A stretch of 64,000 nt of DNA from Eubacterium sp. MSJ-33 (lineage in GTDB: Bacteria > Bacillota > Clostridia > Lachnospirales > Lachnospiraceae): contig NZ_CP076562.1 in NCBI RefSeq assembly GCF_022174665.1, positions 1-64,000 on the forward strand. The letters run 5' to 3'. The notes under the pieces were generated by a model, which saw nothing but the letters and a program-made list of their open reading frames with translations, was not told where the DNA came from and searched no databases. Below, piece by piece: positions 1 through 10,596 of the stretch. Made by a program: the position numbers and the translations under genes. The stretch's first letter is position 1. Each line of letters opens with the position of its first letter.

Positions 1-159
1 TGCGAATGTCAACACATACAATACGAAGCTTGTTGTATTTCCGAGCAGCATTGTAGCAAACAACATGCATGCGGTAAAGAAACCATTCTTCGAGGCAGAG
101 GAAGCAAAGCGTCAGGATGTGAAGATGAGCTTCTGATCAAAATAAAAATCTTAAAACAA

Positions 160-200
160 AAATCCGGAGCGTTCATGCAAATGAATTCTCCGGATTTTTT
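160..200. terminator. bidirectional rho-independent terminator hairpin (aaTCCGGAG...CTCCGGAtttttt)
   Basis: Perfect 8-bp stem flanked by A-run/T-run, downstream of the minus-strand MATE gene. Confidence 0.5.
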
Positions 201-288
201 ATGGCAACGAGGAAAATGCACGCATTATGCGGTGCATTTGACGATCGTTAATCGAAACGCAGCATGTCTCTGCGGGACTGTATATGTA

Positions 289-1680
289 CTAGGCTGCATC
301 TTGTATCTGACTGTCTCCAAGGCGCCCGTGTTTCTTCATCCATACAAATGCACCCACGCAGATAATAACCGAAAGCATGGATCCGGCAGGAGCCGCAAGC
401 CCCATCGGGAACAGGGTATCTGCGAAGAACTTCGAGGCGAGATACGAACCCGGTACACGCAGGCAGATGATCGCAATCATATTGTGGATGAATCCGATGT
501 AGGATTTGCCGTATGCACAGAAGTATCCGCTGAAACAGAAATGGATACCGGCTAATGCACAGTCGACGATATAGCCACGCAGGTATTGTGAGCCAAGCAC
601 AACAACCGCGGCGTCCTTCGTGAAGATACTGACGATACCTGCGGTAATCAGTTCCCCGATGATTGCAACCATTATCCCATAGGTAAATGTAATCAAGATG
701 GCATAGTTCAGCGTCTTCGATGCACGGTCATGCTTGCCGGCACCGATATTTTGTGCGGCAAGTGCAGAGACGGTTGCAAGCATCGAAGATGGCACGATGA
801 AGAGGGCACTGATCACCTTCTCGACGATACCGACAGCGGCGGCATCATTTAAGCCACGGCTGTTTGCGATAACCGTGATAATGATAAATGCAATCTGGAT
901 ACAGCCATCCTGAATCGCAACTGGGATACCGATTTTTAAGATCTCGCCGAGCACAGCACGGCTTGGGATGAAATCCTGTTTGCAAAGCTTGATGCCAAGC
1001 TTCTTTTTCTTTGTCATGAGCAATGAGATAATAACACTTAACGTCTGAGCGAGTGTCGTGCCAAGTGCGGCTCCGGCAGCACCCATATGGAGAACTCCCA
1101 TAAACATATAGTCGAGCGCGATATTTGCCGCGCAGGCAATCGCGATAAAATACATTGGACTTTTCGAATCACCCATACCACGGAAGATGGAAGCGATGAT
1201 ATTATAAGCTGTAATAAACGGAATTCCGATAAAGCAGATTGTCAGGTACCGGATCGAACCCTCGATTGCTTCGGACGGTGTCTGAATCAGTAACACGATC
1301 GGTCGTACAAGCAGCAACAGAACAATCGTCAATACGATGGAAAGTCCCATGAATAAGGTTACGGAGTTTCCAACTGTTTTTGCAATTTCATCCTTATGCT
1401 TAGCACCGACGGCGCGCCCGATCATGACGGTAGAACCCATCGCCAGACCGACGATCATGACGGTCAGCATGTGCATGACCTGACTGCCGTTTGCGACAGC
1501 GGTCGTGCTTTCCGTTCCGGCAAACTGCCCGATGATGAACAGATCCGCCATACCATATAATGTCTGTAAAAAGTAAGAGAACAGATATGGAAGCGCAAAA
1601 TATAAAATCGTCTTGAACACGCTTCCGGTTGTCAGATTTTTTTCCATAGTAAATAAAGCCTCCTGCGAAGTCTTTTTCAA
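289..1680 (-). CDS. MATE family multidrug/oligosaccharide efflux transporter
   Basis: 463-aa polytopic membrane protein with 12 TM-like segments and MATE-type repeats; RBS-like GGAGG upstream on minus strand. Confidence 0.85.
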   Translation of the reverse strand: MKKTSQEALFTMEKNLTTGSVFKTILYFALPYLFSYFLQTLYGMADLFIIGQFAGTESTTAVANGSQVMHMLTVMIVGLAMGSTVMIGRAVGAKHKDEIAKTVGNSVTLFMGLSIVLTIVLLLLVRPIVLLIQTPSEAIEGSIRYLTICFIGIPFITAYNIIASIFRGMGDSKSPMYFIAIACAANIALDYMFMGVLHMGAAGAALGTTLAQTLSVIISLLMTKKKKLGIKLCKQDFIPSRAVLGEILKIGIPVAIQDGCIQIAFIIITVIANSRGLNDAAAVGIVEKVISALFIVPSSMLATVSALAAQNIGAGKHDRASKTLNYAILITFTYGIMVAIIGELITAGIVSIFTKDAAVVVLGSQYLRGYIVDCALAGIHFCFSGYFCAYGKSYIGFIHNMIAIICLRVPGSYLASKFFADTLFPMGLAAPAGSMLSVIICVGAFVWMKKHGRLGDSQIQDAA

Positions 1681-1867
1681 CCCCGCATCCTATATTAAAC
1701 CCTACAACAATTGTAAGGTCAATGTTTGTTATGCATAAAATTAGAAAAAAATAAGCTCTTTATACATAAAAATGTATTGTATTGCAAAAAAAACGCATCT
1801 TTCGTTGCATTTTTTGCTGTAGGATGCTATATTAAATCGTAAATGTGAAGAAAGGAAGTAAAATATT

Positions 1868-2728
1868 ATGAAACTTAAGAAGTTAGTAGCAATTACATTG
1901 TCCGCAGTTATGTGCATGGCAGCACTGACAGGATGTGGTGGAAAGAGCGATTCTGCAAAGAAAACTGCCAAGGTTATCGAAGTAGATCTGACTGACGAGC
2001 AGTATGCGTTCGGCGTAGATAAGGACCAGCCAGATTTATTAAAGGAAGTAAATCAGTTCGTTGCAGATATGAAGTCTGACGGAACATTTGATGAGATCTG
2101 CAACCGTTATTTTGGTGATGGTACTCCGGTACCTGTGAAGTCTGCTGCTTATGACGAGAGCAAGGATCAGTTAGTAGTAGCAACAAACGCAGCATTTGAG
2201 CCATTTGAGTACATGGATGGCGAGAACTATGTTGGTATTGATATGGAGATCGCAAAGGCACTTGCTGATAAGCTTGGCAAGGAGCTTGTAATCCAGAACA
2301 TGGATTTCGATGCTGTATGTCTCTCTGTTGGTCAGCACAAGTGTGACGTTGCCATGGCAGGTCTTACAATCAAGCCGGACCGTGAGGAGTATGTAGCATT
2401 CTCTGATCCATATTACAGCGCATCACAGAAGCTTATCACATTGTCTACAGATACAGAGTTCGATGATTGCAAGACAGCCGATGACGTAAACAAGATTCTT
2501 GAGGCAAAGGGCTCCGATTTAAAGATCGGTTTCCAGAACGGTACAACCGGTCAGTTCTACTGTGAAGGTGATGATGATTGGGGATTCCCGGGACTGAAGA
2601 TGGAGTCTAAGGGTTACAAGAATGGTTCCCTTGCAGTACAGGATCTGTTAAATGGAAACATCAATTACGTAATCATCGATTCCGCTCCTGCTGAGAGCAT
2701 TACATCATCTATCAATAAGATGCAGTAA
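1868..2728 (+). CDS. amino-acid ABC transporter substrate-binding lipoprotein
   Basis: Lipoprotein signal MKLKKLVAITLSAVMCMAALTGCG; periplasmic binding protein family 3 signature; first gene of SBP-permease-ATPase operon. Confidence 0.8.
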   Translation: MKLKKLVAITLSAVMCMAALTGCGGKSDSAKKTAKVIEVDLTDEQYAFGVDKDQPDLLKEVNQFVADMKSDGTFDEICNRYFGDGTPVPVKSAAYDESKDQLVVATNAAFEPFEYMDGENYVGIDMEIAKALADKLGKELVIQNMDFDAVCLSVGQHKCDVAMAGLTIKPDREEYVAFSDPYYSASQKLITLSTDTEFDDCKTADDVNKILEAKGSDLKIGFQNGTTGQFYCEGDDDWGFPGLKMESKGYKNGSLAVQDLLNGNINYVIIDSAPAESITSSINKMQ

Positions 2729-2751
2729 TTTAAGGAACGAAAGGATATTTC

Positions 2752-3462
2752 ATGGGAGATATAGGAACTAAAATAGACAAATTCATAGAAATATTCATTA
2801 ATAACCGTGGGTATGTAAAAGTATTAGAGGGTTTGAAGAATACGCTGGTGATTGCCATCATCGGTCTCATTATCGGTGTTGTGATCGGTACATTGATCGC
2901 GACAGTACGTGTGATTCCGAAGTATAAGCGTCTGCCGCGTGTCTTGGATGCCATCTGCCGGTTTTACGTCGGATTGTTCCGTGGAACTCCTATGGTTGTA
3001 CAGCTGTTGGTATTTTATTATGTATTGCTGCCTCTGATGGATGCACATATGACAGGCGTGCAGGTATCAATGATGGTATTCGGCTTAAACAGTGGTGCAT
3101 ACATCTCCGAGATCATGCGAAGTGGTATCCTCTCCGTAGATCCGGGACAGATGGAAGGTGGACGTGCGATGGGCTTGAGCTTTGCGACAACGATGCGCAA
3201 GATCGTCATTCCGCAGGCAGTCAAGAATATCCTGCCAACACTTGGAAATGAATTTATATCGTTGATCAAGGAAACTTCCGTAGTCAGCTTTGTAGGTGCC
3301 TCAGATCTGTATGTGGCATTCAACTTTATCGGAAGCAACAGCTACGAGTTCATGATTCCATATCTGGTTATGGCAATCATTTACATCGTACTTGTACTGC
3401 TTATAAGTTTTGGAATTAAAATGATGGAAAGGAGCCTGAGAAAGAGTGATAGAAGTCATTGA
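2752..3462 (+). CDS. amino-acid ABC transporter permease (HisM/GlnP-like)
   Basis: 236-aa polytopic protein, EAA-like loop, 23 bp after SBP gene. Confidence 0.8.
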   Translation: MGDIGTKIDKFIEIFINNRGYVKVLEGLKNTLVIAIIGLIIGVVIGTLIATVRVIPKYKRLPRVLDAICRFYVGLFRGTPMVVQLLVFYYVLLPLMDAHMTGVQVSMMVFGLNSGAYISEIMRSGILSVDPGQMEGGRAMGLSFATTMRKIVIPQAVKNILPTLGNEFISLIKETSVVSFVGASDLYVAFNFIGSNSYEFMIPYLVMAIIYIVLVLLISFGIKMMERSLRKSDRSH

Positions 3463-4273
3463 TCTTGAAAAACATTTTGGTGACAATGAAGTCTTGAAAG
3501 GCATCAACGTCACTGTGGACAAGGGCGACATTATGGTTGTCATCGGTCCTTCCGGCTCCGGTAAGAGTACATTTTTGCGCTGCCTGAACTGTATGGAAGA
3601 TCCAACAGGCGGACAGATTATCTTCAATGGTGTCGATATTGCAGATCCAAAGGTCGATATCAATATCCACCGCCGCCGTATGGGAATGGTGTTCCAGCAT
3701 TTTAATCTGTACAATAACAAGACAGTCATCCAGAACATCATGCTTGCACCGGTCTATGTACAGTGCCAGGATCTGAAGAAGGCGAAACGCCACAACCGGT
3801 TCCTGCCGATCACAAACCTGTTCCGCAAGGAAAAACAGGAGAAAATTGAAATCACAACAACCAAGGCAAAGATCGTAGCGGAAGCAAAAGAAAAAGCAGA
3901 AGATCTGCTGAAGAGAATCGGACTGTTAGACAAGGCAGACGTATATCCGTCTACACTTTCCGGCGGACAGAAGCAGCGTGTGGCAATCGTGCGTGCACTT
4001 GCAATGAATCCGGATGTGATCCTGTTCGATGAGCCAACCTCCGCACTTGATCCGGAGATGGTAGGCGAGGTATTGGATTTGATGAAGGCAGTTGCGAAGG
4101 ACGGCATGACGATGATTATCGTTACCCACGAGATGGGATTTGCAAAGGAAGTTGCAAACAAAGTCTTATTCATCGACGACGGTCAGATCTTGGAGTCCGG
4201 CACACCGGAAGAGTTCTTCGGCAATCCAAAGAATCCGAGACTCAAAGAATTCCTGTCGAAGGTGTTGTCGTAA
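3446..4273 (+). CDS. amino-acid ABC transporter ATP-binding protein (GlnQ-like) with ~35-40 aa Lys/Glu-rich insertion
   Basis: Walker [10 protein letters not shown], signature LSGGQKQR, Walker [13 protein letters not shown]-loop; extra segment [14 protein letters not shown]...AEAKEK between Q-loop and signature. Confidence 0.85.
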   Translation: MIEVIDLEKHFGDNEVLKGINVTVDKGDIMVVIGPSGSGKSTFLRCLNCMEDPTGGQIIFNGVDIADPKVDINIHRRRMGMVFQHFNLYNNKTVIQNIMLAPVYVQCQDLKKAKRHNRFLPITNLFRKEKQEKIEITTTKAKIVAEAKEKAEDLLKRIGLLDKADVYPSTLSGGQKQRVAIVRALAMNPDVILFDEPTSALDPEMVGEVLDLMKAVAKDGMTMIIVTHEMGFAKEVANKVLFIDDGQILESGTPEEFFGNPKNPRLKEFLSKVLS

Positions 4274-4290
4274 TTATAATTTTAGAAAAA

Positions 4291-4331
4291 ATACATCGAC
4301 ATCGAAAAATAAGATGTCGGTGTATTTTTTT
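4291..4331 (+). terminator. rho-independent terminator
   Basis: atacatcgacatcg / gatgtcggtgtat stem followed by tttttttg just after ATPase stop. Confidence 0.55.
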
Positions 4332-4454
4332 GCTAAAATATATATAGAAGACACATGGTATGTGTATGATAAAGAAAAAAGTAACTATGAAATTGGCTAT
4401 TTACGATATCATATATTTCATATTTGTTTTATGGATATATACGATATGTATGGA

Positions 4455-4600
4455 GCTTAGAAGTTCTTAATGTTCTGTAATTATATCAGCCATGTTTGAA
4501 CACGATGTTCAAACAAGCCGCCACTGAGCCATGGATGGCGAATTGGCGGCGGTGGCGGATGGTGTGAATATGTAAATCAGAACATTTAGAACTTCTTAGC
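4455..4600. mobile_element. MITE-like structured repeat, copy A (~146 bp, ~22-bp terminal inverted repeats, central TGTTTGAAC..GTTCAAACA palindrome)
   Basis: Intergenic, non-coding. TIRs gcttagaagttcttaatgttctg / cagaacatttagaacttcttagc. A 62-bp core is identical to the reverse complement of 12619-12763 except 1 mismatch. Confidence 0.6.
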
Positions 4601-4679
4601 TACAATACATTGTATATATCCATGAAACCAAATTGAAATATATGTAGAGCCAATGCCAATTAGAAAAAGGGGAGAACTT

Positions 4680-5357
4680 ATGTACCAGATACTTTTAGTG
4701 GAGGACGACAAATCCATACGGGAGGTCATCGCCGACTACATCGACGAGAAGGGAAAAGATACGATGCGCCTGACACTCGCCGAGGACGGAAAAGCCTGTG
4801 AGGGCGCACTCGAACGCCAGACATTTGACCTGATCCTGCTCGATGTGATGCTTCCGGATACCGATGGGTTTACGCTCTGCAGGATGATACGAAAAAAGAA
4901 TATGGTTCCGATCGTCTTTCTGACCGCAAAGGGAAGTGAGGAAGATATTCTCTGGGGCTACGGACTTGGCTGCGACGATTATATCGTGAAACCATTTTCG
5001 CTGGCGACACTCTATGTGAAGATGCTGGCGATTCTCCGGCGTACCAAAAAAGAAAATCTGAAAATGATACTTACTTGCGGGAAAATCCGTCTGGATAAGG
5101 AGCGCTGTCAGGTGTTTGTGAAAGACGAGGAGATAAAACTGCAGAATAAGCAATATGAGATTCTGCGGTTCCTGCTGGGACATAAAAATGTTGTATGGTC
5201 GAGGGATGCCCTGCTAAATCACATCTGGGGCTATGATTACATCGGCGTCGACCGCGTGGTGGACAACCAGATCAAGAAGCTTCGAAAAGCACTTGGAGAG
5301 GAAGGAAAACGGATTCAGACGGTGGTAGGCAGGGGATATAAAATATCGGACGTGTAG
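4680..5357 (+). CDS. OmpR-family response regulator
   Basis: MYQILLVEDD receiver with phospho-acceptor Asp (LILLDVMLPD), C-terminal winged-helix trans_reg_C (RLRKKL-like KKLRKAL); RBS aaaaaggggag 8 nt upstream. Confidence 0.85.
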   Translation: MYQILLVEDDKSIREVIADYIDEKGKDTMRLTLAEDGKACEGALERQTFDLILLDVMLPDTDGFTLCRMIRKKNMVPIVFLTAKGSEEDILWGYGLGCDDYIVKPFSLATLYVKMLAILRRTKKENLKMILTCGKIRLDKERCQVFVKDEEIKLQNKQYEILRFLLGHKNVVWSRDALLNHIWGYDYIGVDRVVDNQIKKLRKALGEEGKRIQTVVGRGYKISDV

Positions 5358-5448
5358 CTATGTGTGAAAACAGAAAAATTATAGTTGGTATTATATCTGA
5401 TGTGTGTTCAGGCAAAACAGACGCAGATAAGAAAATGGAGGGATGCAT

Positions 5449-7236
5449 ATGAAGTTTTCGATATTACCGGATTTTGCAGCACGAAAAAAAGAGCGGGTGG
5501 TGCGCAGGCAGAAGCGTACACAGCGAAAAGAGATACGGCAAGGCCGGAAGAACTACCGGTATCTGAAGCGGAAGAAGTTCTGGCAGGTGTGGCTGGAGCG
5601 GTTTGTCCTTGTGTTTCTGATTCTTGGAATGGGTGGTGCATGGTATTTTAGAACCGTGGTGCAGGATACAGAGGATAATGCGGAATTTGAGATGGATCAA
5701 AGTCAGGAAATCATACAGACTTACATCCAAAGGCGGTATGAAGAACTGACTGCGATGGGAATGAAGCCCGGAAAAGAGTTCGACGATCAGATGGGTGCGT
5801 ATATGTACCGTATGATCCCGAGCAGATTGATGGGCGCGTATGGCGTATCTGCAGCGGCAGCGGCAATCTATAATGAAAATGGAGAACTCCTAACCGACAG
5901 CAGTCCACGGTTTTATCTGTACTGTGACCGGTATGAGCCGGTGGGAGACGAGAAAGATCATACGATAAATCTATACCAGTCTTATTATACATGTGCACAG
6001 GAACTGTCGGATGAATTCCTTCAGGATTATAACGACTATTTTCTCTATGGGAATATCGAAAATGGAGAGCGGATGGAATTCGGAGAACTATATGTAGATG
6101 AAGAGAAACGACAGTTTTATTTCAGTACCGTTTCCTGTTTAGAGCAAGGGGAAGTAGTGAAAACCTATGATTTCACACCGGAGCATGTAGAGGGTATGGA
6201 AAAAGTACAGGAAACATATGACTACTGGACGAGAGAAGGAACACGCTGGTACCCGGTTCTTGGAATACGGTCGGCAGAGATTTCGGAGCTTCTGCAGTTT
6301 GCATACGATGTGTATGATGATTACAAGGATGACAAACAGTTAAAAGGTGCCGGTGTGACAGCGGAACGGGGATACTTCGCAAAGACATATGCACAATATA
6401 ATGTGATAGAAATCGGTGATCAAAGTAATGGAAATCCGGAATATACGGTTGTGTTCGCGTATAACTATGATTTCTTTCAGGCAAATCGTGGCTTTGTGGA
6501 GAAGTTCGTAATCTGTTTCATCCTTGCAATCCTGATCATCAGCTTTCTATGGTCGCGGTTTACCTACGTGCGGCTTAAGGCAAGGTATGAGCTTGAAGAT
6601 TATCAGAGAAATCTGACAAATGCAATGGCGCATGATCTGAAAAGTCCATTGATGATCCTTTCCGGCATGGCAGAGAATCTGAAAGAAAATGTACATACGG
6701 AAAAACGGGAATATTACGCAGAGGAAATGCTGAAAAACATTGCGGACATGAACCGTATGATCGAGCAGTCTCTTGGATTCTCGAAGCTTAGCCAGACAGG
6801 CAGGGTTGGCAGGAAGATAGAGGTTGATATGCGTGCACAGACGGATGCATTGATCGGAAAATACAAGGAGCTTGCTGAGTCACGAGGACAGCATATTTCC
6901 GTGACAGGCGAGGGGCAGATGCGCGGAAATGAGGCGATGCTCCGGCAGATGATCGATAATCTGCTGCAAAATGCCATCCTGCACGGAGAAGAAGATGGAC
7001 AGATTGAGATCAACATTGGAAACGGTACATACCGGATTCGAAACACATACACGGGCTCCCTTACGACGGAGGATGCGAAGAAGCTTCTAAAACCATATGC
7101 CAAGGAGGAAGACCGGAAACGGACAGGCGGACATGGGCTGGGACTATCCATTGTGCATGAGATCGTGAAGCTGCATGGAGGAAAGCTGGAGCTGAACGTG
7201 GAGGATGCGGTATTTGAGGTAAGTGTCAGGCTGTAA
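5449..7236 (+). CDS. sensor histidine kinase (two TM segments, large extracytoplasmic domain)
   Basis: H-box AHDLKSPL, N-box/ATP lid (HGGKLEL, GGHGLGLSIV); start chosen at ATG 5449 for GGAGGG spacing (ORF track starts 5443). Confidence 0.8.
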   Translation: MKFSILPDFAARKKERVVRRQKRTQRKEIRQGRKNYRYLKRKKFWQVWLERFVLVFLILGMGGAWYFRTVVQDTEDNAEFEMDQSQEIIQTYIQRRYEELTAMGMKPGKEFDDQMGAYMYRMIPSRLMGAYGVSAAAAAIYNENGELLTDSSPRFYLYCDRYEPVGDEKDHTINLYQSYYTCAQELSDEFLQDYNDYFLYGNIENGERMEFGELYVDEEKRQFYFSTVSCLEQGEVVKTYDFTPEHVEGMEKVQETYDYWTREGTRWYPVLGIRSAEISELLQFAYDVYDDYKDDKQLKGAGVTAERGYFAKTYAQYNVIEIGDQSNGNPEYTVVFAYNYDFFQANRGFVEKFVICFILAILIISFLWSRFTYVRLKARYELEDYQRNLTNAMAHDLKSPLMILSGMAENLKENVHTEKREYYAEEMLKNIADMNRMIEQSLGFSKLSQTGRVGRKIEVDMRAQTDALIGKYKELAESRGQHISVTGEGQMRGNEAMLRQMIDNLLQNAILHGEEDGQIEINIGNGTYRIRNTYTGSLTTEDAKKLLKPYAKEEDRKRTGGHGLGLSIVHEIVKLHGGKLELNVEDAVFEVSVRL

Positions 7237-7390
7237 AGGGAGTGGATTTTTCCAAATCCTGATAAATATTATCATATGAATAACTTTTCATGTATCAAAA
7301 ATGGTGCTATAATCGGCGGTGGTTAGCGAATGCTAACTGTCGCCGATTTTTGGCGTAGTAAAAGAATAAAAAGAGATGGAGGATACATGT

Positions 7391-8110
7391 ATGAGTGACA
7401 CAGGGAAAAAGACGATCGTTGAATTTCAGGATGTCGTAAAAACCTATGGAGAGGGCGAGGCACTGCAGTATGCCAACAACCATGTGAGCTTTACGATCGA
7501 GGAAGGCGAGTTTGTAGTCATTCTCGGTCAGTCCGGTGCCGGAAAATCCACCGTGTTAAATATGCTTGGCGGCATGGATCTGCCGACATCGGGAAAGGTT
7601 CTGATCGATGGGGAGGAAGTATCCGCCATGAACGATAAACAGCTGTCGGATTTCCGGGCACGCAAGATCGGATTTATCTTTCAGTTTTATAATCTGATTC
7701 CAAGCCTGACGGTACGGGAGAATGTTGCACTGACAAAGAGCATCGTAAAGGATGCCGCGGATCCGGATCAGATGCTTTCCGCGGTTGGACTTGCCGATCA
7801 TAAAGATAAGTTCCCTTCCCAGTTATCGGGTGGCGAACAGCAGCGTGTCTCTATCGCGCGGGCACTTTCCAAGAAGCCGCGTATTATCCTTGGAGATGAG
7901 CCGACCGGTGCGTTGGATTCCGAAACCGGTGTGATCGTCTTGTCGTTATTGCAGAAGCAGAGCCGCGAGGGAAAGAATACGGTTATTCTCGTAACGCACA
8001 ATGCAGATATCGCAAAATGCGCCGATAAAGTGATCCGTATGAAGAACGGAAAGATTCGGGAAGTGATTACGAACGAACACCCACTTGCAGTTGAGGAGGT
8101 GGAGTGGTAA
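7391..8110 (+). CDS. ABC transporter ATP-binding protein (MacB/LolD/FtsE-like)
   Basis: Walker A GQSGAGKST, LSGGEQQR, ILGDEPTGALD; start moved to ATG 7391 (GGAGGA 7 nt upstream). Confidence 0.85.
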   Translation: MSDTGKKTIVEFQDVVKTYGEGEALQYANNHVSFTIEEGEFVVILGQSGAGKSTVLNMLGGMDLPTSGKVLIDGEEVSAMNDKQLSDFRARKIGFIFQFYNLIPSLTVRENVALTKSIVKDAADPDQMLSAVGLADHKDKFPSQLSGGEQQRVSIARALSKKPRIILGDEPTGALDSETGVIVLSLLQKQSREGKNTVILVTHNADIAKCADKVIRMKNGKIREVITNEHPLAVEEVEW

Positions 8111-10587
8111 TGCTGTTTCGAAAGATGTTGCGGGAACTCAAATCGAACTTCGGTTCCTTCTTCTCTGTGTTTGTTCTTGCCGTCATCGCGATGATGATGT
8201 TTATCATGATGGAAGGACACGTTGTCTCCCAGAATGCCGCGCGGAGCAAATATCATGATGCCTGCAATCTATCGGATATCTGGATGTACGGCGAAGGATT
8301 TTCCAGTGAGGATTTGGAGACAGTCCGCAATCTGGATTTTGTAAAGCAGGCACAGCTTCGCATGCAGGTGACTGCGAGTGCGCCCGAGCAGTATGGGGCA
8401 CAGGTGGATTTGTTCCTGATGAAAGAAAATGAAGTGAACACACCATATCTGATCGAAGGAGAGGATTTCAACCCGGACGATACGGATGGTGTCTGGATTG
8501 CGAATGCATTTGCCGAAAAACGGAATCTGCATGTTGGCGATGCATTTACGATCGAATACAATGGTGTGACATTTACAAAGACAATCCGCGGACTGGTCGA
8601 GTCCGTAGAATATGAATACAGACAGGCGGACGGAGATGCGGACATGTTTCTGGAGAACATCACGATGGCATATATGTCCTACGATGCGTTTCCAATCCGG
8701 GAGTATATGACACACCTGATCAAGCAGGAGAAGATTACGGCGGCGGATATCAGGAAGCACGCAGATACCTATCAGACAGTGCTCGATAAGCTGGACGAAT
8801 ATGGCATGAATGTGGATGATCTGTCGCAGGATATGCTTCTGACACTGGTTGAGAAGATGAGCGACGAGAAGCTTGTGAAGATGATGCCGTATACACAGAT
8901 GATCATTCAGACGACCGATGGAAAGGCGCTGGCACATGAGAGTGCGATCGCGGAAGCCATCAACCACAAATATTCTGCGATGATCGACCGGAAATCCGTA
9001 CCGGGGCTGGCACGACTTGACAGTGAGCTGGAGCAGCACCAGACATTTTCCTATGCGTTTATGATCATCTTTGTAGGAATTGCAATCCTTGTGATCGCAA
9101 CCTCCATGAAACGTATGGTGGACAGACAGCGGACAGAGATCGGAACGATGAATGCGCTCGGTATGAAGAAGAGGAAGATTTTGTTTCATTACCTTAGCTT
9201 CAGCTTATTCATTTCTCTGCTTGGTGTGATCGTGGGAATCCTGTTGGGCGTATTCTGGGCATGCCCTTGGCTGATTGGTCTGTTTGAAACCTATTATATT
9301 GTGCCGGGGCTGCATTCCATCTTCCATCCGATCTATCTGATCGTCGGGGTTGCAATCGTTGCAGCGTGTGTACTGGCAGATTTTTTAAGCTGTAAGAAGC
9401 TTTTGAAGATCCGTCCGGCGGAGGCACTTCGTCCGGCACCGCCGAAGCAGGGAAAACGATGCCTGTTTGAACACCTGCCGTTTTGGGACAAATTGTCTTT
9501 TCAGGCACAGTACAATCTGCGGGACGTCTCACGTTCGAAGCTGCGTGCTTTCATGTCGATTGTTGGAACCGCGGTTGGTATGCTTTTGATGCTGTATGGT
9601 GTCGGCTGCAACGAGCTTGTGCCGCAGATGGAAGATTTGATGTTTGAGAAATCAACCGTCTCTGAATATCAGGTGAAGCTTTCGGCGGATGCCTCCAAGA
9701 CGGAGGTGGATGCGATGCAGCAGGAACTTGGAGGGGAACTTGTCATGGTCGATCAGATCGAGGTATCGAAGGTGAAAAATCCGACGACAGACGAGAAGAA
9801 GAAACAGACCATTACCGTACTTGAGGGCAAAGGTCTGTACAATATCCTCGATGTGAACAATAAGATCACATCGGTGAAACCGGGGACGGTCAGTGTCAGC
9901 CGTAAGCTTTCAGAGACGATGGATATCCGGGTCGGTGACACGATTTACTGGCATCTGTACAGCAAGAATACATGGTATGAAGCGAAGGTTGGCGCCATCT
10001 ACCGAAGCTCTGAGACGCAGGGAATCGCGTTTTTGAGAGAGGACTATGAGAAGACCGGAGCTTCCTATACACCGACCTTGCTTATGACGGACAACAAAGC
10101 CGCCGAGAGCAAAAAAACACTCGCTTATGTAAGCGGTGTGAACAGTAAATCGGAAATGAAAGCTGCCTATGAGAAGGGCATGGAAGTGATGAGTATTATG
10201 ATTTTTGCCATGATCATATTCTCCGCCGTGCTGGTTGTAACGGTATTGTATAATTCCGGTTCGCTCTCCTTTAACGAGCGTATCAAGGAGTTTGCGACAT
10301 TGAAGGTGCTTGGCATGCAGTCTGCGAAGATTCGCGGCATGCTTTCCAGACAGAACTTCTGGCTGTCAATCATCGGCATCCTGCTTGGCGCACCGCTCGG
10401 AAATCTGACATTAAATGCGATGATAAACAGCAACGGGGAAAACTACGACTACATGCTGAAGGTTCCGGCGATGGATTATATTTTATCCGGTATCTTTGTG
10501 CTGATCATCTCCGTTCTTGTCAGCTTCCTGTTCGCAAAGCGGATCAAGAAGCTTGACATGATCGAAGTATTAAAAGGGGTAGAGTAA
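8110..10587 (+). CDS. ABC transporter permease, FtsX-like (two FtsX/MacB repeats, ~825 aa)
   Basis: N- and C-terminal 4-TM FtsX-type bundles with large extracytoplasmic domains; ATG overlaps stop of ATPase (taATG), GAGGAGG upstream. Confidence 0.8.
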   Translation: MLFRKMLRELKSNFGSFFSVFVLAVIAMMMFIMMEGHVVSQNAARSKYHDACNLSDIWMYGEGFSSEDLETVRNLDFVKQAQLRMQVTASAPEQYGAQVDLFLMKENEVNTPYLIEGEDFNPDDTDGVWIANAFAEKRNLHVGDAFTIEYNGVTFTKTIRGLVESVEYEYRQADGDADMFLENITMAYMSYDAFPIREYMTHLIKQEKITAADIRKHADTYQTVLDKLDEYGMNVDDLSQDMLLTLVEKMSDEKLVKMMPYTQMIIQTTDGKALAHESAIAEAINHKYSAMIDRKSVPGLARLDSELEQHQTFSYAFMIIFVGIAILVIATSMKRMVDRQRTEIGTMNALGMKKRKILFHYLSFSLFISLLGVIVGILLGVFWACPWLIGLFETYYIVPGLHSIFHPIYLIVGVAIVAACVLADFLSCKKLLKIRPAEALRPAPPKQGKRCLFEHLPFWDKLSFQAQYNLRDVSRSKLRAFMSIVGTAVGMLLMLYGVGCNELVPQMEDLMFEKSTVSEYQVKLSADASKTEVDAMQQELGGELVMVDQIEVSKVKNPTTDEKKKQTITVLEGKGLYNILDVNNKITSVKPGTVSVSRKLSETMDIRVGDTIYWHLYSKNTWYEAKVGAIYRSSETQGIAFLREDYEKTGASYTPTLLMTDNKAAESKKTLAYVSGVNSKSEMKAAYEKGMEVMSIMIFAMIIFSAVLVVTVLYNSGSLSFNERIKEFATLKVLGMQSAKIRGMLSRQNFWLSIIGILLGAPLGNLTLNAMINSNGENYDYMLKVPAMDYILSGIFVLIISVLVSFLFAKRIKKLDMIEVLKGVE

Positions 10588-10596
10588 TCCGGCAAT

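Noticed and set aside
4140-4460. 106-aa ORF spanning the ATPase 3' end and downstream intergenic region
   Set aside because: It overlaps a confident CDS out of frame, then runs through a terminator and AT-rich spacer.
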